Numbered from the stretch's first letter, positions 18,556-27,538 are shown. The stretch is DNA of 42,241 nucleotides from Candidatus Omnitrophota bacterium (GCA_020057015.1 JAGVGS010000126.1:1-42241); one strand, 5' to 3'. Program-made: numbers and translations. The notes: generated from the letters alone by a model not told the origin.

Positions 18556-20342
18556 GGAGTGTACACCAAACTCGTATCGACTTGCTGACGTTGCAACGCC
18601 CAGAGCGTCTCCCGATGCACCCAGCTCGGATTCATCTCTGTCAACGTCTTCAAGATGGTTTCGGTAGAGATGTAGAACGCCGAGCGACCCTCGTGGCACC
18701 GACGAGCAACTTCCCGCATCAAGTCGTAGTCTTCCTGGTAGTCTAGCGTCAGGCGGAACCGTTCCCCACGGTGCTCCGGGTCAGCCTGGAGGAGGCTGTT
18801 ACGGCAAATCCAGTCCGAATCCAGATACCATGTCAGGTGTTCGGTCTGCCGGCGGTTGGTAATCGCCCGGTGCAGGCGTCGCAGCGTACGCACATCAATG
18901 ACTTCACAGTCCATACCGATGGGCAAACCGGTCGTGCGCGTGAAATCCAGGCTGTGCTCCAGATGGTGGGCCAGCGCCCGCTCAATGTACTCACAGCTGA
19001 CAAACTGGTCATCTCCAGTCACCCGCACCAAGACGTCCCACCCGAACGCGTCGGCTGTTTGCACCATCCGGCCCATGACGTCTTCCGGCTCACCGCGGAA
19101 ACACGGCACACCGATCTCACCCGCCAGCGTTTCCAGCGCGTCATCCTCCGAACGCACGGTCGTCGCCAGCGCCACCTGTCCGATCCGCCCAGGATACGAG
19201 ATCAACCGCTTGAGCAAATATCCCAACGTCGTGTAGCGGTCATAGAACGGCAGCAGCGCCTTGCGCGGCAGGCGCGACGAAGCCAGGCGCGCGTTGCAGA
19301 ACACGCCGATCCGCTGTGTAAAAAGCGCTTGGGTGAGATGCGTTCCGGGGGCCAGCGGTGCGGCAGGCTGGCGACCAATGGCACGGAGTGCCCGCATGGA
19401 TCCGTGGTAGCTCCCATCGCGGACCAGTGCCAGCTCCTGCGCACTGATTGGCTGTCCAGCATCGAGTGGCTGGACCGCAATGACGGTTCGTTTCATCTCC
19501 TCTTGATACCCTCGCTCCGGCGGTAAGAAGATGCGCTGATCCTGGCCTACCGCGGCCACCGCCTGCTCAATCCCACGGACCATGAGGGCGAACTCCTGCG
19601 GCTCCAACGCGCTGTAGTAGTCCTCTCGACGCTCGGCGCGGTGCAGGGTGACGTGCTTTTCAATCACTTGAGCACCTAGGCTCACCGCAAGCGAGGGAAC
19701 CTGAATCGCTGCAGGATCATCGCCGGCCAGATGATCGGAGAGCCCAATGCGTGCTCTGGGGAAAATTCTTGCCAGTTTGGGAATTTTCCAGAGCTCCAAC
19801 TCATTAAGATGGATGCCCTGAGCCGGCGGTCCACCCGGCGCATCCGCCAACTTCGGGAATGACTGATACCCATGCAATACGATGGTCTCGTGCTCCGGTC
19901 CTAGGCGATCAAAAAGGTCAAAAAGATCGATGAGCGGGGTCCCGCCTGTCCCAACGGCAATGGGTAGCCCCAGCTCACGGACGCCGTCAAGTACCACCGG
20001 GTTATCAATATCGGCCGAGTGGATCTTCACCGCCTGCACCTGATCTTTTGCCGAGCAAACGACGCGCAAGCTGAATGGTCCGGAGACCTCTACCCAGACG
20101 CCCAACCTCATCTCGCTACAAGCGGTAATGATGTCGTTCCAGACATCCGCGGAAAAGGCGATGCGCTTGAAGTAGGCGTAGTCCGGATGGTCACGTGAAA
20201 CGACCTCGTCGGGATCGAAGATTTGGAACTTCACCGCGGATGCTCCAGCCTCACGCATCGCGTGCGCCAAACGCAGAAGATAGTCTCGATCGCCCTCATG
20301 AATGCAGGCAAATTCTGCTACGCACTGCACCGCTCGACTCAT
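18552..20342 (-). CDS. Tri-domain fusion: NeuB-like synthase barrel + SAF domain + SpsF/PseF-type cytidylyltransferase
   Basis: 596 aa. N-terminus: AEFACIHEGDRDYLLRLAHAMREAGASAVKFQIF, GLSDHL, VIEKHVTL. Middle: VIAVQPLDAGQPISAQELALVRDG (SAF-like). C-terminus: IGVFCNARLASSRLPRKALLPF, plus LVRVTGDDQF (cytidylyltransferase). Confidence 0.85.
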   Translation of the reverse strand: MSRAVQCVAEFACIHEGDRDYLLRLAHAMREAGASAVKFQIFDPDEVVSRDHPDYAYFKRIAFSADVWNDIITACSEMRLGVWVEVSGPFSLRVVCSAKDQVQAVKIHSADIDNPVVLDGVRELGLPIAVGTGGTPLIDLFDLFDRLGPEHETIVLHGYQSFPKLADAPGGPPAQGIHLNELELWKIPKLARIFPRARIGLSDHLAGDDPAAIQVPSLAVSLGAQVIEKHVTLHRAERREDYYSALEPQEFALMVRGIEQAVAAVGQDQRIFLPPERGYQEEMKRTVIAVQPLDAGQPISAQELALVRDGSYHGSMRALRAIGRQPAAPLAPGTHLTQALFTQRIGVFCNARLASSRLPRKALLPFYDRYTTLGYLLKRLISYPGRIGQVALATTVRSEDDALETLAGEIGVPCFRGEPEDVMGRMVQTADAFGWDVLVRVTGDDQFVSCEYIERALAHHLEHSLDFTRTTGLPIGMDCEVIDVRTLRRLHRAITNRRQTEHLTWYLDSDWICRNSLLQADPEHRGERFRLTLDYQEDYDLMREVARRCHEGRSAFYISTETILKTLTEMNPSWVHRETLWALQRQQVDTSLVYTP

Positions 20343-20508
20343 GAGGCCTCACGCCTGTTAGGCAATGGTTGCTGCCATGAGTATTCTTGGCTCATGATCG
20401 ACGAATCCCTCGCCACATATAGGAACCATATACGTTTTGCCTAGTTAGAAACGCCCTGTTTCTCGAACGAATCGCTCTGGAAAATGCGATGCAACACTGC
20501 TGCATACG

Positions 20509-21318
20509 CTATTTCGGAAATCGTGAGCGGACGAACGTGGTGATGGAGCGTTCTGATGGAGTCGGCTCCTTGACTGGGCTTCCAAGCAGCATTTCTACCT
20601 CTCGGATCATTCGTACCATTTCTCGTAGTTCCTCGGGCACCACCGATAACACATGATCCGTACCCGGCAACGACTTGTCGAGCGTGAAATGCTTCTCAAT
20701 AACCTCGGCTCCAAGGGCAACCGCCACAACGGGAGCTAATACCCCAATCGTGTGATCAGAGTAACCAACACGGTATTGAGGAAATGCCGCCTTCAAGGTT
20801 TGAATGACACTCAAATTGGCCTGCTCTGGCGGGCAGGGATATTGCGTCGTACACTGCATGAGGTATAGATCCTTCACGTTAGGTAAATGCGCCACCGCCT
20901 CTTGAACTTCATGTAGGGCTGCCATACCAGTCGAAAGAAACACCGTTGGCACGTACCGATTATTGAGGTAGTCGAGCAGCCTGAAATTTAACATCTCGGA
21001 TGAGGCCACTTTTATCTTGCGCAGACCGAGCCCCTCAACTAAGAATCGCGCTCGTTCCAAGCTGAACGCACTACTCAAAAACTCCACGCCCTGTGCCTCC
21101 GCGACGGCCTTCAACTCGTAATGTAACTCATCTGGCACATGAACCTTCGTAAACCATTCCCGCTCAGGGTCGTCCTCGCCCACTTCAGATCCGAGGTAGG
21201 ATTGGAGCTTCACAATATCCGCGCCAGCCTCCGCCGCCTCCACAATCATTCGGCGGGCCAGTGTCCAATCACCGATGTGGTTTTCCCCGATCTCCGCAAT
21301 CACAATTGTCCGACCCAT
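20509..21318 (-). CDS. NeuB-family synthase barrel without SAF domain
   Basis: 269 aa. IVIAEIGENHIGDW, VGYSDHTIG, VIEKHFTLDKSLPGTDH. The protein ends at the linker where the SAF domain would begin. AGGAG lies 7 nt upstream of ATG 21318. Confidence 0.85.
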   Translation of the reverse strand: MGRTIVIAEIGENHIGDWTLARRMIVEAAEAGADIVKLQSYLGSEVGEDDPEREWFTKVHVPDELHYELKAVAEAQGVEFLSSAFSLERARFLVEGLGLRKIKVASSEMLNFRLLDYLNNRYVPTVFLSTGMAALHEVQEAVAHLPNVKDLYLMQCTTQYPCPPEQANLSVIQTLKAAFPQYRVGYSDHTIGVLAPVVAVALGAEVIEKHFTLDKSLPGTDHVLSVVPEELREMVRMIREVEMLLGSPVKEPTPSERSITTFVRSRFPK

Positions 21319-21336
21319 TACGCGACTCCTGTCCTC

Positions 21337-22065
21337 TCATGCTAGACTGCTATCTACCTGCTCTGCCCCCGGGCAGCGGTCGAACCCGAAGCGGCGCAGG
21401 GTTTCCAGCGGCCATGCAGCCTTGAGTTGTGCCCAGCCCTGCCCTCGCCGACCATCATCGGCCGTCATGCTCAAGCGATGCTCCCGGTGAAAAAGCACGG
21501 GGGCATCAATCGTCACAACGCAAGCCCCACCAGAAAGCAACCGCAAGTACAGGTCATATTCTTCCCAGAAAAAATTCCGATACCCTCCGACTCGTACCAC
21601 GGCGGACCGGCGTAGTAGCACGCCACCAGCCATCCAGGTGAAGAGATTCTCCACGTGTGGCCGCAATACTTCTAACCGATCCCCATCGACAATCCAATAT
21701 GCGGGAATGACAATATCCACGCTCGACTTGCCGGTCGCACCGAGCAAGCGCACGAGCGCGTCTTGATCGAACCAATCATCTGAATCCAGCCGGACGACGA
21801 ATGTGCCGCGAGCTCGCGACAACGCGGTATTGCACGCAGCCGCCAGCCCCCGCTGCTGCGGATGACGCACGATGGTCAGCGCGGATGCCACTTCTTCCGC
21901 CAACACCGTTGCGGTTGCATCAGTTGATCCATCATCCACGACCACTATTTCGTACGCGTCTACCGGCAGCGCCTGTGCGCGGACGCTCGTAAGACACGCC
22001 GGGAGATAGTCCGCCTGGTTGTGCGTGGCAATGAGTACGCTGACAACAGGTGACGCTGCGGTCAT
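21337..22065 (-). CDS. Family-2 glycosyltransferase (GT2)
   Basis: VSVLIATHNQADYLPACLTSVRAQ...YEIVVVDDGSTDAT and the DXD motif VRLDSDDW. Start re-called to ATG 22065 (MTAASPV), giving an ATGA overlap with the upstream stop. Confidence 0.85.
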   Translation of the reverse strand: MTAASPVVSVLIATHNQADYLPACLTSVRAQALPVDAYEIVVVDDGSTDATATVLAEEVASALTIVRHPQQRGLAAACNTALSRARGTFVVRLDSDDWFDQDALVRLLGATGKSSVDIVIPAYWIVDGDRLEVLRPHVENLFTWMAGGVLLRRSAVVRVGGYRNFFWEEYDLYLRLLSGGACVVTIDAPVLFHREHRLSMTADDGRRGQGWAQLKAAWPLETLRRFGFDRCPGAEQVDSSLA

Positions 22066-22853
22066 GACCGTGGGCGCCCGAGTTCGGCGATATCGACGAT
22101 CTTCGTGATCCGGATTTCCTGCTTCTCCTGCCACCATGCCCGGCTGATCTCCCGGATCTTAGCCTCAAGTCCTTCGACTGCAGCTTGGCTACTTTGGAAC
22201 AGCGTGGTCGACGTGTAATACGCAACAAAAACCTCGGGAGACGGAAACCGAAGTGGGTTGATAAATTGATGAAACGTACACGCACCAAACGTCTGGCGAA
22301 GGAGGGGCTCGTACTTCCGGATATCCGAGAAGCCGGGAGCATAGACACTTGGTAAGAATGGGGTAGCGCGTCGATGGATCTCAAGCAATTCGCGGGCATT
22401 TTCATCCGGCGAGCCCATGATGTAAACTCGGCCTGTGGGGCTGAGATGTTGCCTCATCTTGGCTACAACGCGTGCCACGTCCATGTAGTAGATCGCGAAA
22501 TTGCAGAGGATCAGATCGAACCGCTCCAGCCCCAGCTCGACCTGATCTCCAGATGCTTTGAGAAATCGCACATTCGTCAGACCTCGAGCCGCAGCGGCTT
22601 GCCGTGCTGTATCCAGCAAGGCCTCCGAGAGGTCGATACCCAAGCCGCTCCGGCATTTCGTAACTACCCCGAACAACTGATGGCCGTTGCCGCAACCAAT
22701 ATCGAGCACTGTCTCGGATAGTTGGGGCTTAGCCAGGTCGAGAAACCACTCGGTCAGGTCCCTTGTCCCGTATGCCTGCTGAATAGCAATACGGTCCTCC
22801 AACGGCTTGGCCTGCTCATAGAGCTGACTGAACTGTTCCACCGTAACCTCCAT
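22062..22853 (-). CDS. Class I SAM-dependent methyltransferase
   Basis: Motif I VLDIGCGNGHQLFG. The start is uncertain: ATG 22853 (MEVTVEQ) leaves a normal ~47-aa lead-in to motif I but has no clear SD. The track start is a TTG at 22979. Confidence 0.75.
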   Translation of the reverse strand: MEVTVEQFSQLYEQAKPLEDRIAIQQAYGTRDLTEWFLDLAKPQLSETVLDIGCGNGHQLFGVVTKCRSGLGIDLSEALLDTARQAAAARGLTNVRFLKASGDQVELGLERFDLILCNFAIYYMDVARVVAKMRQHLSPTGRVYIMGSPDENARELLEIHRRATPFLPSVYAPGFSDIRKYEPLLRQTFGACTFHQFINPLRFPSPEVFVAYYTSTTLFQSSQAAVEGLEAKIREISRAWWQEKQEIRITKIVDIAELGRPRS

Positions 22854-23089
22854 GCAATTTCGATGTGATGCACCGACCTCACTCGAGCTCCACACGTCTG
22901 ATACCGGTTGCTTATGCGGACACTGGAATCCGTCAAGACGATGAACGACAAAGAAGGTCACCGATATTACCGGCGACAAGCATGTTCATCAGCGGTGGGC
23001 TCATCAAACCGAGCGTAATGCGCATAGGCACAGCGGGCACCCGTTGAAACAACTCCGGGTAAACCTAATGATGCGCCTGACCCATAGCA

Positions 23090-23755
23090 TCAGGCTATCT
23101 CACGCAAGAGCATGAAAGCCTCGGCTGCGAGCCGACCGCACTGTGCGCCGCGCGTTTGGGCCCTAGCCCGCAACATCTCCGGGCTGCGCGGATGCGGGGC
23201 GCTCCGACTCTCGCGTTCATAGGCGGCCATAGCGCTCAGTTTGCGGTCAAGCTGCGCGGAAATATCCTGAAAGACTGTTGGGACGAATGCCTCCGACACT
23301 CCGGGGAACACCTGTTCGGTGCCCGAGGGCACCTCATAGGCCAGGACGCGGCGGACGAAGGGCGCAGCAAATGGCCGCAGCGCGATGTTCGATGCCTGTG
23401 CCACTGCGCGATGATCCTGATGTAAATCACCCCCAAAGCACGTGTAGATGAGCTCTGGCCGCACTTCAGCCACCGTGCGCTCGAGTGCTTCAAGCAGCTC
23501 CTGGAAATGCAGCGATAGCTGTTCATCCGGCAGGTCTAAGAACCGGAGCCCGGCGTAATCGAGGATGTCTTGCGCCGCCTTGGCACATGCCTTCTCCTCT
23601 TCAATCATGTCCGCGTTGTAGACCCGGCTGTATGCGCGGTTGCAGACCACGCATACGTCCACACGGTCACCATGATCCACGTGCCGGGCGATTGTTCCGC
23701 CACAACCCAGCACCTCATCATCCATATGCGGAGCGATGATCAAGATCTGTGCCAC
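23090..23755 (-). CDS. PIG-L/LmbE-family N-deacetylase
   Basis: ILIIAPHMDDEVLGCGGTIARH signature, plus HQDH downstream. Start re-called to GTG 23755, with GGGGGA 5 nt upstream. The track start 23902 would overlap the radical SAM gene by 113 nt. Confidence 0.85.
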   Translation of the reverse strand: MAQILIIAPHMDDEVLGCGGTIARHVDHGDRVDVCVVCNRAYSRVYNADMIEEEKACAKAAQDILDYAGLRFLDLPDEQLSLHFQELLEALERTVAEVRPELIYTCFGGDLHQDHRAVAQASNIALRPFAAPFVRRVLAYEVPSGTEQVFPGVSEAFVPTVFQDISAQLDRKLSAMAAYERESRSAPHPRSPEMLRARAQTRGAQCGRLAAEAFMLLREIA

Positions 23756-23789
23756 GTGTGTCCCCCGCGCTTTACTGCTGAGGCTCTTC

Positions 23790-25364
23790 TCAACTGCCTC
23801 TGGTATCGTAGGTACTCGCACTCGCTTCAACCCGTTCGGCCAGATGGTGCAACGTATTCCTGCCCTTGGGGCTCTTTCGGAACGCCTCAATATTACCTCC
23901 AAAGACCTTGACCCAGTTCTTGGACATTTGCTGCCGGTAGAATTCGCTCAATTCTGCATTGGCCTTCTTAAACATCCTCTGCAGTGTTTCATCCGGCAGG
24001 TCAGTCATGTTCACGGGAATCTGGTCTAGAGACCAATCCTGACAAATATAACGGTCGTGGAAATCTTTGTCGTCTTTGATACGACCAGTTTGTTTGCACC
24101 ACTCATAGAGCCCAGTACCCGGAAAAGGCACACAACCAAATATCTTCTGCGCTCGGTAATGACCATAGGAAATATTCTTGATCAGCTGCACCGTATCCTG
24201 CAACGTTTCCTCGTTCTCACCCGGCTGCCCAAACATCAGACCATATTCACAGTAGATATTGTTTTCGCGAGTTAATTGTACAGCCTCGTAGATCTGTTTC
24301 ACCGTCGTCTTCTTCGACATCGTTTCCAAAATTCTTTGGTTGCCGGATTCGAGACCATAATACACAGCGATGCACCCGGACGCTTTGAGCAGGCGAGCGA
24401 TTTCAGGTGTGACGGTATTGACGCGTCCCGAACAGTTGTATTTGATCTTGATGCCACGCTGAAGAATCCCCTCGCAGAAACTCCTGATCTTGTTCTCGCT
24501 CAGCATCAACAAATCGTCAACGATGTAGAAGCCGTTGAGATTGTAAGTATCGACCAGATACTCCATTTCGTCCAAGAGATCATCGAAGGGGCGGATTCGA
24601 TATGCATTGACACGAAAACAGAAATCACACGCGTAGGGACACCCACGACCCGTGACAATTGGGAGCACACGGTCGTTCATCTCAAATGGGTAGAACTTAG
24701 GGGTGCGGATATAGCTTTCAATAGGATAGAGGTCCCAGGACGGCCAGCCAACCTCCTTTTTTGTGACCTCGCTGGGCAAGAAAGGCTTGCCCGTATTGAA
24801 GTATGCACCGTCTTTCATATACGAGATGCCCTGGACATCCTCCAGCCCTTGTTCACCTGCCAAAGCACTCATCAACGACACGATCGTAATTTCAGCCTCT
24901 CCTATTGCGGCAATATCCGCCCCTGTCTCCCTTAGCGCAAACTCAGGGATGGGACTGGGGAGTGCCCCCCCAAGAATGATCGTGGCATCGGGAACAACAG
25001 CCCGAATAATATTGCATATACGTTTAACTTCCTTGAACATAGGATACAGAGCACCTATGCCGAAGATCTTTACACCGCTCTGGACCACCTCCTTGGCTAT
25101 CTCAATATCGTCATATGACCACATGCTCGTATCCGTAATGTTCACATCAATCCCGCAACGCCGCATCGCCGTGCTAATATAACCTGGGCCTAGTGGCATG
25201 AGTTTTTTTCTATAGTAATCATTTGGTATGATCAGCATCGCCCGCATCCCGTTGAGCACCGGGTAATTGATCTTCTGCACGGTGCGTTCTTTCATCCTGA
25301 TCGCTGTAGACCAGGGACTGGTCGTCAGCGGCTTACCGTCTGTCGTCACCTTGCTACTGCCCAT
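23790..25364 (-). CDS. Cobalamin(B12)-binding radical SAM enzyme (class B radical SAM, methyltransferase-like)
   Basis: 524 aa. N-terminal B12-binding-type Rossmann (RAMLIIPNDYY...KIFGIGALY...ATIILGG), followed by the TGRGCPYACDFCF CxxxCxxC cluster motif. Visibly lower GC than its neighbours. Confidence 0.9.
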   Translation of the reverse strand: MGSSKVTTDGKPLTTSPWSTAIRMKERTVQKINYPVLNGMRAMLIIPNDYYRKKLMPLGPGYISTAMRRCGIDVNITDTSMWSYDDIEIAKEVVQSGVKIFGIGALYPMFKEVKRICNIIRAVVPDATIILGGALPSPIPEFALRETGADIAAIGEAEITIVSLMSALAGEQGLEDVQGISYMKDGAYFNTGKPFLPSEVTKKEVGWPSWDLYPIESYIRTPKFYPFEMNDRVLPIVTGRGCPYACDFCFRVNAYRIRPFDDLLDEMEYLVDTYNLNGFYIVDDLLMLSENKIRSFCEGILQRGIKIKYNCSGRVNTVTPEIARLLKASGCIAVYYGLESGNQRILETMSKKTTVKQIYEAVQLTRENNIYCEYGLMFGQPGENEETLQDTVQLIKNISYGHYRAQKIFGCVPFPGTGLYEWCKQTGRIKDDKDFHDRYICQDWSLDQIPVNMTDLPDETLQRMFKKANAELSEFYRQQMSKNWVKVFGGNIEAFRKSPKGRNTLHHLAERVEASASTYDTRGS

Positions 25365-25506
25365 GGAACCTGCCTGCCTCCTGATATCTGGCTGAACCTG
25401 ACATCTTCACCCTTAGGAAGACTGCTATGCAACTCATCCTTGCGAGGTTCCCTTACCTCATCAGTACCCCTGACACGTACGGCTCTGCAGACGACCTCAC
25501 TCGAAT

Positions 25507-26451
25507 CTAGGTCAACAAGGCTGGATCGACCAATTCCCAGCGCTCTTTACCCTGTGCTTCGCGCTGACTAAACCACTCCACATACCGCCGCACGCCATCT
25601 TTGAACAGAGTAACGGCCTCCCAACCCAGCTCTTGTCTCGCTCGCTCGCTCTTGACCTCTTTACCAGAGAAATCACCTGGGCGGCCTTCGGTGTGAACAA
25701 TTTCCACCTGACCGATGACTTCCCGAATCGTCTCGGCGATCTGAAGGATTGAAACTGGTGCGCGACCATCGAGATTGTAGATCCGATTCTTCGCTATCGA
25801 CCGCAACGCTAGAACATTGCCCTCGGCTAAGTCCTCCACGTAGACGAACTTTCGAAACTGCTTCCCATCTCCGGCAATGGTTAAGGGCTGTCCCGTAAGC
25901 GCCTTACGTACAAAGATTGGGATAACCGCACCATCGCGGGCGCGTGGTCCGTAAGGGATGCCGAAGCGCAGAATTGTGTACTGCAGGCCGTAAAGCTGCT
26001 GGTACGCACGGCAGTAGGACTCTCCGGCGAGCTTTGTGGCCGTGTAGAGATGGGAGGGCGACGGAATCTGCGTCTCCTCATCCACCACACTTTCGCGGCT
26101 ATCACTGTAGACCCACGTCGTACTGCCATAGACAACGCGCTTAACCTTGGCGCGACGCGCAGCCTCAAGTACGTGGAGCGTACCTCGGGTGTTCACGTTC
26201 TCAGAATAGACCGGGTCGTCGAAAACATCCTTTACATCAGCAACGGCGGCAAGGTGAATCACCGCATCGACCGCTGTCATAGCGATACGCAGCGTCTCCA
26301 GGTCGAGCAGGCTTCCGATCTGATGTTCGACAGCCTCGTGGTATGGCGACCGCCGCTGATCAAAGATCCGTGGTGTGACCCCATGTGCCAGTAAGCGATC
26401 CACCACATGCGAACCAATAAACCCTGCACCACCTGTCACTAACACTCTCAT
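25507..26451 (-). CDS. NAD-dependent nucleotide-sugar epimerase/dehydratase (extended SDR)
   Basis: [21 protein letters not shown], and catalytic YTATK. ATGA overlap at 26448-26451. Confidence 0.85.
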   Translation of the reverse strand: MRVLVTGGAGFIGSHVVDRLLAHGVTPRIFDQRRSPYHEAVEHQIGSLLDLETLRIAMTAVDAVIHLAAVADVKDVFDDPVYSENVNTRGTLHVLEAARRAKVKRVVYGSTTWVYSDSRESVVDEETQIPSPSHLYTATKLAGESYCRAYQQLYGLQYTILRFGIPYGPRARDGAVIPIFVRKALTGQPLTIAGDGKQFRKFVYVEDLAEGNVLALRSIAKNRIYNLDGRAPVSILQIAETIREVIGQVEIVHTEGRPGDFSGKEVKSERARQELGWEAVTLFKDGVRRYVEWFSQREAQGKERWELVDPALLT

Positions 26452-27467
26452 GATTGCCCCTCCCCTCTATTGCCCGCCTGATAATACAACGGCACACACC
26501 AATGGTTGCTTGCAACCCAATCCGTGTTTGGTAACTCCACAGCGTGCTTCAAGATCCGATGACACGGCTGATCATAGACTCGGCCTGTCGATTTCTCGAT
26601 TGGTTGGAACACAATATACTTGTAAAGTCCGGAGATCATGCCTTCAGGCAGCCGCAACCGAAGGGTGTATTGGGAATCAAACGTTTGGGCAGCATAAGCG
26701 TTCTTCCAAGCCACGATGTCTGGCATGCGTTCAGTTTGAATCACTCCGAGTGCCGCCGTGAATTCACTGAGCCGATAGTTGAGCCCCTGAACCGTGTATT
26801 CGAACTTGCCGTAGTTGCGGTATTGTTTCGAGAAGGCCACGAGCTCCGGACGGCGGGAGACGAGCATGCCTCCCTCCCCTGTGGAAATGGTTTTGGTCGC
26901 GTAGAACGAATATACGCCCGCGTCCCCCCAACTGCCGGGTCTTTTCCCGTGCCAGCTCGCTCCGTGGGCGTGCGCGCAGTCTTCCAGCAACCAGATGTTC
27001 CGCTTCCGACAGTAGGCTGCGATCTGCTCAACATCGAAGGCAATATGGCCTCCAATGTGTACGAGCCAAGCGGCCTTCGGCTGGTAATATTCGGCCTTTT
27101 TCTGGAAGTCCTCAAATGACATACAGAGGTCTTCTCGATTACAATCCACAAACTGCACCTGCCCTCCCGCTCTGAGGACACTTAACGGTGTCGCCATGAA
27201 CGTGTTGGACGGGCAGAGCACCGTCTTCCCTCTAACCCCGATGAAGTCCAGGGCCGCCATGGCCCCCCCAGCCCAGCTAGAGAAGGCAACGCTCGGTAAC
27301 TCATTCCACGTCGTCCAACGTGCCTCAAATTCTTCTGTAAAGCGTCCTTCGGACCAACGTTGCGATGTAATCACCTCGTCCCACATCAAGTGCAACCGTT
27401 CTCGATCCGCCGAATCAAACCCAATCGTGAATCGAGAGGCATCGGGATAGACCGTACCAACCGCCAT
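26448..27467 (-). CDS. DegT/DnrJ/EryC1/StrS-family PLP-dependent sugar aminotransferase
   Basis: EDCAHAHGA and the SFYATKTISTGEGGMLVS lysine motif. I prefer ATG 27467, where GGAGG sits 9 nt upstream, over 27476, where it directly abuts the ATG. Confidence 0.85.
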   Translation of the reverse strand: MAVGTVYPDASRFTIGFDSADRERLHLMWDEVITSQRWSEGRFTEEFEARWTTWNELPSVAFSSWAGGAMAALDFIGVRGKTVLCPSNTFMATPLSVLRAGGQVQFVDCNREDLCMSFEDFQKKAEYYQPKAAWLVHIGGHIAFDVEQIAAYCRKRNIWLLEDCAHAHGASWHGKRPGSWGDAGVYSFYATKTISTGEGGMLVSRRPELVAFSKQYRNYGKFEYTVQGLNYRLSEFTAALGVIQTERMPDIVAWKNAYAAQTFDSQYTLRLRLPEGMISGLYKYIVFQPIEKSTGRVYDQPCHRILKHAVELPNTDWVASNHWCVPLYYQAGNRGEGQS

Positions 27468-27506
27468 GTCCTGCATCCTCCCCCATCAGTGTTGTTCAGT
27501 TGCAAC

Positions 27507-27538
27507 AACCGGTTCTTTAGTAGCCGATCCAACCGGTT
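27507..27538. repeat. Two copies of CAACCGGTT (perfect 8-bp palindrome AACCGGTT), centres 24 bp apart, in the 5' region of the aminotransferase gene; possible operator
   Basis: Read directly: AACCGGTT at 27507-27514 and 27531-27538, 30-70 bp upstream of the start at 27467/27476, inside a 222-bp intergenic gap. Confidence 0.3.

Noticed and set aside
20343-20508. The 166-bp gap between the SAF-less NeuB gene and the fusion gene, examined for a promoter, terminator or small ORF. It contains the hairpin AGAAAC-GCCCT-GTTTCT at 20448-20464 and a 23-codon ORF.
   Set aside because: No -35/-10 pair comes close to consensus at proper spacing. The hairpin has a 6-bp stem without a U-tract, and the mini-ORF has no SD. 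An internal promoter is plausible but not supported from sequence alone.
23075-23095. A hairpin GCCTGA-N9-TCAGGC overlapping the PIG-L stop codon, and a second weak one (ACCCG-N12-CGGGT) just downstream.
   Set aside because: The stems are short (5-6 bp), the loops are large, and there is no U-tract. Structures like this are common by chance in GC-rich DNA.
25365-25506. A possible cobalamin riboswitch upstream of the B12-radical SAM gene (contains AAGGGAAC and GGGTGAAGA).
   Set aside because: The two elements are about 40 nt apart instead of adjacent. I find no B12 box (GCCACTG-like), and the gap is only 142 nt. This needs a covariance-model scan (Rfam RF00174) to exclude it formally.
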